Source: Deferribacterales bacterium (lineage in GTDB: Bacteria > Chrysiogenota > Deferribacteres > Deferribacterales > Geovibrionaceae). Taken from it: a DNA stretch of 64,000 nt. Shown here one piece after another: positions 58,209 to 64,000 of the stretch. The DNA lies in NCBI GenBank assembly GCA_050253335.1, contig JBFWJG010000003.1, forward strand, positions 1-64,000, read 5' to 3'. Each line of letters begins with the position of its first letter. The first letter of the stretch is position 1. A program made the translations under genes and the position numbers. Below the pieces are notes generated by a model. The model worked only from the letters and a program-made list of their open reading frames with translations. It ran no database searches and was not told the DNA's origin.

Positions 58209-60161
58209 TTATTCCGTTCTGAACTTTCTCACCAGACTATCCAGCTCTTCAGCCAGTCTCTGGAGATCCGTTACTGTCCGGCTGACCTCTGCCATGCCGG
58301 AGGAGCTTTCCTCCACACCGGCGGAGATAACCTGAACATTATCGTTTGTTCCGGCTATCGCCCTGCCCTGTTCGTCCACCGCTGTTCTTATCACGGCCAT
58401 GGCGGAACGGATGTCATTAACAGCGTCCACAATATTGTTAAAATACCCGTCCACTTCCTTAATAGCCCCGACACCTTCATCCACTGTTTTTTCTGCTTTG
58501 TCCATATGGACGGAGGCGCTCTTTGTCTCAGTCTGAAGGCTTGTGATCAGCCCGCCGACCTCTTTGGTGGCGTTCTGGGTTCTTTCCGCCAGCTTGCGCA
58601 CCTCATCGGCTACAACGGCAAAGCCTCTGCCCGCCTCACCTGCTCTTGCGGCTTCGATAGCGGCATTCAGCGCAAGAAGGTTTGTCTGATCCGCAATATC
58701 GTTAATGACGCTTATTATATCTCCTATTCTGGAGGATGCCTCACCCAGTTTGCCTATTGAGCCTGCCAGCCTGCCGGTTTCAGCGCGGATGCCCTCGATC
58801 CTTCCCACAGCCTCAGTGAGCTGTCTGCGTCCGTTTTCCACTGTTTCCGAAGCTGTTTCGGAAAAGCTTATGCCGTCTGTCAGGCTTGCGTTTATTTCTC
58901 CTGCCGAGGCGCTCATCTCCTCAAGAGCGGCGGCAACTCCGGAAACCTGCGCCGCCTGTTCCTGAAAAGTGCTCGAGAACTGTTCCGTGGTTGAAGCCAG
59001 CTCCGAGTTGCCTGAGGCCACGCCCGCGGCATTCAGCTTCACTTCGGAAATTATGCCGTTTATCTTTGATATAAATCTGTCAAAATGATCGCAGAGCACG
59101 CCCAGTTCGTCATGCACCCTGCTGTTAATTCTTCTTGTGAGGTCCCCTTCCCCTCTTGAGATCTCCTCAAACATTCCCGCAAGAATCTTAACCCGCCTGA
59201 AAACGAGTATATTCAGCACGGCGAACATCACCGCGAGAATAGTTATAACCAGTGCGGCGGCGCCGAACATGAAGATTTTCACCATTTTATTCGCTTCGGC
59301 GATCTCTTTTGTTACCAGCTCGGTTTTCTCTGCCAGAAAAAAGTAGCCTATCTCCATGCCGTTTAAGCCCGTCGCAGGAACAGCGGTGATGAAATATCCT
59401 CCGGCCTCGGCATACCCGCTTTTAACAAGAGCCTCGGCGTCAATATCCTTAACCGCGTCCACAAGTTCGCTGTTAAAGCTTTTCTGCGCGACCACATATC
59501 TGCCCATCTTGGGATTTTCCCTTGCTTCCTCAGCTATATCGAGATATTTCTGATCCATAAGCATGAGAACGTCGGTTCCTCTTTCTTTCAGTTCTTCAAC
59601 AATGTCGTTTACTCCCTGAATGAACTCCATTGAGCCTATGTATCCGCCTTCATGAAAGATAGGCACAATAGCCCTGTGCGAAAGTCCGGCCACACCTATT
59701 TCAAAAACTACCATGGGCTTGCGGGTTTTCTTCATCTCAATCAGCGAATAGCGGAATGAGCTCAGATCGTCCCCGTATTTCTTCGGACTCCATGCGCGCA
59801 GGAAAGACTTTATATCCGCGGTATGGATATGAATCTGAACATTTTTCAGTTTGGTATTTTCCTTAAAACTCTCAGAAAGCTTCTGAAGCGGTTCAATCGC
59901 AAGCTCCCTGTTTCCAGTTACAAGTGCATCGACCACGGCCTGATTGTTTACCACGGCTAGAGCGTTCGTAAGCCCTACATCGTCCTTCGCCGCAAGCTTT
60001 TCATTAAGGGAATATACGAGGTTGTCGGCTGTCTTCAGGAACACAGATTCTGCTATATCTTTTGTAAGAGTGCGCATGTACAGGAAAAGTCCTGCAAAAA
60101 CAACCAAGGACGCGCCGAGAACAAAAATACCCAGCTTCTTTTTTATGGAAAGTCCTGTCAT
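58209..60161 (-). CDS. Methyl-accepting chemotaxis protein (Cache-like sensor, HAMP)
   Basis: '[40 protein letters not shown]'; two TM segments. Confidence 0.96.
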   Translation of the reverse strand: MTGLSIKKKLGIFVLGASLVVFAGLFLYMRTLTKDIAESVFLKTADNLVYSLNEKLAAKDDVGLTNALAVVNNQAVVDALVTGNRELAIEPLQKLSESFKENTKLKNVQIHIHTADIKSFLRAWSPKKYGDDLSSFRYSLIEMKKTRKPMVVFEIGVAGLSHRAIVPIFHEGGYIGSMEFIQGVNDIVEELKERGTDVLMLMDQKYLDIAEEARENPKMGRYVVAQKSFNSELVDAVKDIDAEALVKSGYAEAGGYFITAVPATGLNGMEIGYFFLAEKTELVTKEIAEANKMVKIFMFGAAALVITILAVMFAVLNILVFRRVKILAGMFEEISRGEGDLTRRINSRVHDELGVLCDHFDRFISKINGIISEVKLNAAGVASGNSELASTTEQFSSTFQEQAAQVSGVAAALEEMSASAGEINASLTDGISFSETASETVENGRRQLTEAVGRIEGIRAETGRLAGSIGKLGEASSRIGDIISVINDIADQTNLLALNAAIEAARAGEAGRGFAVVADEVRKLAERTQNATKEVGGLITSLQTETKSASVHMDKAEKTVDEGVGAIKEVDGYFNNIVDAVNDIRSAMAVIRTAVDEQGRAIAGTNDNVQVISAGVEESSSGMAEVSRTVTDLQRLAEELDSLVRKFRTE

Positions 60162-60345
60162 AAATCAACTCCGTGCTTCTTATTGTATTTTGACATGGGT
60201 TAAACCAGAATAATACATGCAAAAACAGATATGTTCAATAACATTTAAACACTTTTTTAGTCTTAAACAATACAAGGAAGATAGAATTAAAAAAACCCGC
60301 AGTAAGGTATACTGCGGGTCTGCTGATTTTATTAACTGATGTCTC

Positions 60346-61776
60346 TTATTTCTGTTCGGCTGTTTTCAGATCGCCCAGAACATAATCAATTACGTCCTTT
60401 GCGGTGAATGAGGAGTTGCCGCTGCTGAGAAACTCCTTCACTGCGGCGAAGCATGAGCCCGCCGTAACCAGAGGCTTCTCAAGGTAGCCGTTCACATACT
60501 GGGTCGCGTGGCCTATGTTGGCGAGAAGACCGTTGCAGAGGCATTTGCGCCCGTGCGTGTCTTCCTCCAGCCCGCCTTTCTCGATGTAAAGCTTAACAGG
60601 TTCCGCGGGGCATCTGTAGCCGACTGTGCCGTCTTCCTTTCTGAAAAGGGTGCGCAGATAGCCGAGATTGCATATTCTGGGCCTTACAGCATATTCAGAG
60701 GGTTCTGAAAGTGAGCCGAGAACCTTGAGAACCTTGAAAGGAAAGCCTGTGGGAGATGCGAAAATATCGGTGACAACCTCAAACTTCCCGAAGGAGAGAA
60801 TGGCTTTTCTCAGCTTTTCATCAAGGCCTGATTCACGGCAGAACGCAAAAGCGGTTCCGAGCTGAACTCCCGCAGCTCCTTTTTTTATTGCTTCCTTCAG
60901 TTTGTTTGCCTCGCCGAATGCCCCTGCAAGCCAGAAGGGAACATCAAGGGATTTGAGTTTTTCCAGATCGATGAAATCCTTTTCGCCGTACACGGGTTCG
61001 CCGGAATCATCAACGGTCATCCCGCCCCTTGGGGGAGCATTGTGTCCGCCTGCAATGGGATATTCCACAACAAGGCCGTCTACCTTGCCTGTGGATTTTT
61101 TAACCATAGTTGTGGCGAGTATGTTTGAGGAGATGATAGCCAGAAAATCCGGCCTTTTAAGAAAAGGAAGCCCGCTTCCGAAAAGCTCTTTGGGATCAAG
61201 GGAGATCTGAAAGCTTTCATCCTTGAGAGCGCCCTCAACGTTGAGCTTCATGTCTCCTCTGAGGTTTTCGGAAAAACGGTCAAGAATGCCCGGAATCTCT
61301 CTGGGAATTCCCGCGCCCATTATAACATAGTCTACTCCGGCCAGCATCGCTCCGTAGAGGGAGGCGAGGTTGGGAAGCTGTATTTTTTCAAGAAGATTTA
61401 TGCCCACTTTTCCGCTGTGCCCTTCTTTGGCGAGGTAAACCTCGGCAAAGTTGGCGGCGATGGTAAGCTCCGTAAGTTCTCTGGGTGAGTTAACACTGTG
61501 CATGGGCACTCCGGAGTATTTTCCGGCCTGAGGAAGCCCTTCTTCTCTGAAATATTTTTTAAGAATTTTAGCGGCGGCATCCTGAAAAGGGAACGCAGCA
61601 AGAGCCCGTCTCATATGACCGCCCTTGTCACCCTCCTGAAGCCTTCTGGCGAAAATAACATCCATGGCCACGCCTGAAACCACGCCTAGCTGCCCCTGTC
61701 TGGAGACCTCTCTTGCCAGTATCCAGTTTGAAACCGCGGCGCCCATTCCGCCTTGTATGATAAGTGGATGACTCAT
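60346..61776 (-). CDS. Nitronate monooxygenase / 2-nitropropane dioxygenase family flavoprotein
   Basis: 'IIQGGMG', 'MGAGIP', 'AGGHN', 'GVQLGTAF', 'SPTGFPFK'. Confidence 0.88.
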   Translation of the reverse strand: MSHPLIIQGGMGAAVSNWILAREVSRQGQLGVVSGVAMDVIFARRLQEGDKGGHMRRALAAFPFQDAAAKILKKYFREEGLPQAGKYSGVPMHSVNSPRELTELTIAANFAEVYLAKEGHSGKVGINLLEKIQLPNLASLYGAMLAGVDYVIMGAGIPREIPGILDRFSENLRGDMKLNVEGALKDESFQISLDPKELFGSGLPFLKRPDFLAIISSNILATTMVKKSTGKVDGLVVEYPIAGGHNAPPRGGMTVDDSGEPVYGEKDFIDLEKLKSLDVPFWLAGAFGEANKLKEAIKKGAAGVQLGTAFAFCRESGLDEKLRKAILSFGKFEVVTDIFASPTGFPFKVLKVLGSLSEPSEYAVRPRICNLGYLRTLFRKEDGTVGYRCPAEPVKLYIEKGGLEEDTHGRKCLCNGLLANIGHATQYVNGYLEKPLVTAGSCFAAVKEFLSSGNSSFTAKDVIDYVLGDLKTAEQK

Positions 61777-61990
61777 TTTTTTACTCCAAAGTACAAATTA
61801 ATTGCCGTCCGCACAAAATAAATTATTGTGCCTCATTTTACAAGAAATATATAACCCTTGCGCAGTCAGGATAAAAATATAATTTATGTATTATAGTTGA
61901 CAAGCAGAAATATACTGCAATAATACTATGCATAAACATGGGCGGTACACCTTTTAAACAATATATACAATAAGTTAACAGGTATTATTT

Positions 61991-62440
61991 ATGACAGAAC
62001 TTCAGGAAACCACAGAATCGGTTATGACTAACCGCAGAAATTTTATCCGTTCGAAAATTGCATTGAAAATGTGCGGCTTTTTCTTTGATCAGGGGGACGC
62101 CGGCGAAAGAGCTTACAGCGGGTGTTTCATGTGCAAAACCATAGACATGAGCGAAGGCGGGATGCAGGTCATGCATAACGGCAGTCTGAAGCCGGGCGAC
62201 ATGGTTGAGCTCAGGACAAAAAACGCAATAAGCTTCCCCAAATGCATGAAGTGCGACAAATACTACAACATGCGCTCGAAAATTGAGCTTATGCCTCTCA
62301 CCGCCAGAGTAATATGGACCCAAGGAAACAGATGCGGACTTGAGTATATCAAGCTCTCAAACTTCAACAGAAACGTTATCTCCAGAATAGTCTGGCAGAA
62401 GCATATAGAAGAGATTAAAAAGCAGAGTGAGATTAAATAA
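61991..62440 (+). CDS. PilZ-domain protein with Cys-containing insertion
   Basis: RxxxR 'RRNFIR' and DxSxxG 'DMSEGG'. Confidence 0.8.
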   Translation: MTELQETTESVMTNRRNFIRSKIALKMCGFFFDQGDAGERAYSGCFMCKTIDMSEGGMQVMHNGSLKPGDMVELRTKNAISFPKCMKCDKYYNMRSKIELMPLTARVIWTQGNRCGLEYIKLSNFNRNVISRIVWQKHIEEIKKQSEIK

Positions 62441-62530
62441 TAAAAATTGTTACCTGAAAATTTGTACTATCCTATTGACAACCTCCTAGGTATGGAATAT
62501 GCTAGAGCATAAACTAAATCACCTAGGAGG

Positions 62531-63133
62531 ATGTCAATGAGCCTTGTAACAAAACAAGCACCGCTTTTTAAAGAAATCTCCGTCGTGGGAAAAGAATTTA
62601 AAGACGTAAGCCTCGAAAGCTACAAAGGAAAATGGGTTATTCTTTTCTTCTATCCCCTCGACTTCACATTTGTTTGCCCCACTGAAATAACAGCTCTTTC
62701 AGACGCTACACCCGAGTTTGCAAAAAGAAACGCACAGATAATAGGCGTTTCCACTGACAGCAAATTCTCCCACCTTGCATGGATAAACACTCCCCGCTCC
62801 GAAGGCGGCCTCGGCGAAATAGCCTACCCCCTTGTTGCGGATTTCACTAAAAAAATCTCCGAGGAATACGGCGTGCTTCTCCCCGAAGGAATGGCACTCA
62901 GAGCAACTTTCATCATCGACCCTCAGGGCGTTGTTCAGTTTGAGCTGATCCACGCTTTAGGCATAGGCAGAAATGTTGACGAGGTTCTCAGAAGCCTTGA
63001 CGCGCTTCAGTTTGTTGCAAAACACGGCGAGGTTTGCCCCGCAGGCTGGACTCCCGGAAAAGACACGATGATCCCTGACCCTGAAAAGAAAAAGGATTTC
63101 TTTAAGAAAAATCCCGCAGGACATCAGTCTTAA
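62531..63133 (+). CDS. ahpC: Typical 2-Cys peroxiredoxin
   Basis: 'FYPLDFTFVCPTE', 'GEVCPAGW'. Confidence 0.95.
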   Translation: MSMSLVTKQAPLFKEISVVGKEFKDVSLESYKGKWVILFFYPLDFTFVCPTEITALSDATPEFAKRNAQIIGVSTDSKFSHLAWINTPRSEGGLGEIAYPLVADFTKKISEEYGVLLPEGMALRATFIIDPQGVVQFELIHALGIGRNVDEVLRSLDALQFVAKHGEVCPAGWTPGKDTMIPDPEKKKDFFKKNPAGHQS

Positions 63134-63333
63134 TAATAAAAATCCGCACATCCTGTCGGATTTTTATACACGCTCGCGCCCTGCTTAGCAGGGCTTCGCT
63201 ACACACGGTGCGCTCCCTTCCATGGGAGCGTTTTCGTTTACATCAGTCTTAATAATAAAAATCCGCACATCCTGTCGGATTTTTATACACGCTCGCGCCC
63301 TGCAAAGCAGGGCTTCGCTGCACACGGTGCGCT
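63121..63333. repeat. Tandem duplication (period 119 bp) of the structured repeat family, including the ahpC stop
   Basis: CATCAGTCTTAATAATAAAAATCCGCACATCCTGTCGGATTTTTATACACGCTCGCGCCCTGC at 63122 and 63241. Confidence 0.9.
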
Positions 63334-63415
63334 GAATCCCCTGAATCAAAATAGTGAAATCCCCTATTCTGATAACAAGATTGGGGATTTTTCTGTTTCA
63401 GGAAAATATACTCCC

Positions 63416-63496
63416 GTCATCCTGAGGCTTTGGCCGAAGGATCTGAACCCATGGATTTTTTAACGGTATCAGATTCTTCGCTATGCTCAGGATGAC
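63416..63496. repeat. GTCATCCTGAG...AGATTCTTCG...CTCAGGATGAC REP-like inverted pair
   Basis: Inverted arms at 63416-63444 and 63471-63496. Confidence 0.75.
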
Positions 63497-63573
63497 ATAT
63501 CCGTGTGCCTTTTGAGAATTTTCGACAATTCTATCCAGCTTCCTGAAAACAGACTGCAGTTCTCATAAAGAAA

Positions 63574-64000
63574 CTACTGAATCCCCGCGCCCATTGCCTT
63601 TGCTCTGCCGAGGCTGTCAGTGTTCTTCACATCACCTTTTTCGGAAACACCCGCAACAAGAAGCTTTCCCTTGTCTGTCCATCCGCTGTAGGCGGCAAGA
63701 TGCTCGTATGTTTTCACCATGCCCTCAAAAACAGCTTCCTCCTCATCCGCTCCGCAGGCGATAAGACAGCACTCCCTGACCCCGAGAGGATGTTCGGTAA
63801 TGTAGAAAGAGTAGAGCTTATCTATTGCGGCTTTAAGCTGGGCGGGGAATGAAAAGCAGTATAAAGGAGCGGCAAAAACAAGCACTTCCGCCTTTTCGAG
63901 ATGCGGTGCGAGCTCATTGAAATCATCATCAAAAACACATGCCCTGCCCTTTGAGAAACAGGCGTTGCAGGCTCTGCACCCTTTTATATCCTTAAAGGCC
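63574..64000 (-). CDS. Flavodoxin family / NADPH-dependent FMN reductase (5' end beyond the window)
   Basis: Frame extends past the listed ORF with 'GCRACNAC...CVFDDD', then 'FAAPLYCFSFPAQLKAAIDK'. Confidence 0.85.
   Translation of the reverse strand, partial: AFKDIKGCRACNACFSKGRACVFDDDFNELAPHLEKAEVLVFAAPLYCFSFPAQLKAAIDKLYSFYITEHPLGVRECCLIACGADEEEAVFEGMVKTYEHLAAYSGWTDKGKLLVAGVSEKGDVKNTDSLGRAKAMGAGIQ

Noticed and set aside
57381..58335. ORFs 57381-57596, 57626-57853 and 57991-58335
   Set aside because: They arise from repeats or overlap the MCP gene antisense; no RBS or recognisable motifs

Overview
Bacterial chromosomal window; gene content (ArrAB, NfnAB, sigma54 regulators) suggests an anaerobe, possibly Deferribacterota, but the taxon is an inference. 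1 to ~28,620 is the right part of an integrative conjugative element (ICE) with an F-type type IV secretion region (5'-broken traC, trbI, traW, traU, traF, ssb, two TraN-like genes, S26 peptidase, trbC, traH, traG), ending at a tRNA 3'-end copy (att site, 28599-28622). It carries two AT-rich cargo blocks. (a) 4.6-9.2 kb: a C5 DNA methyltransferase, a MORC/GHKL-histidine kinase hybrid and a receiver protein whose C-terminus has an RxxxxH HEPN-type motif, with no restriction nuclease. This is the best candidate for an undescribed system (phosphorelay-gated RNase defence). (b) 22-28 kb: UPF1/DNA2-like helicase, Lit/M48-like metallopeptidase and two type II TA pairs. Other ICE oddities: a C-type-lectin domain in TraN, two tandem small genes after traG with identical N-termini (candidate exclusion alleles), a covarying RBS-sequestering hairpin before ssb and traH, and two ParB-like paralogues. 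Right of att: a papain-like lipoprotein, an arsenic island (arrABD with sigma54 promoter and enhancer pair, arrT/S/R-like regulators, arsC, arsM, acr3), nfnAB, an OmpR two-component system with an upstream 28-aa ORF, M23 peptidase, proS, GspE/GspF-like pair, chrA/padR, upp/uraA, structured REP-like repeat arrays (not CRISPR), an MCP, nitronate monooxygenase, PilZ, peroxiredoxin and a partial flavodoxin-family gene. All calls are by motif recognition only; no database searches were run.
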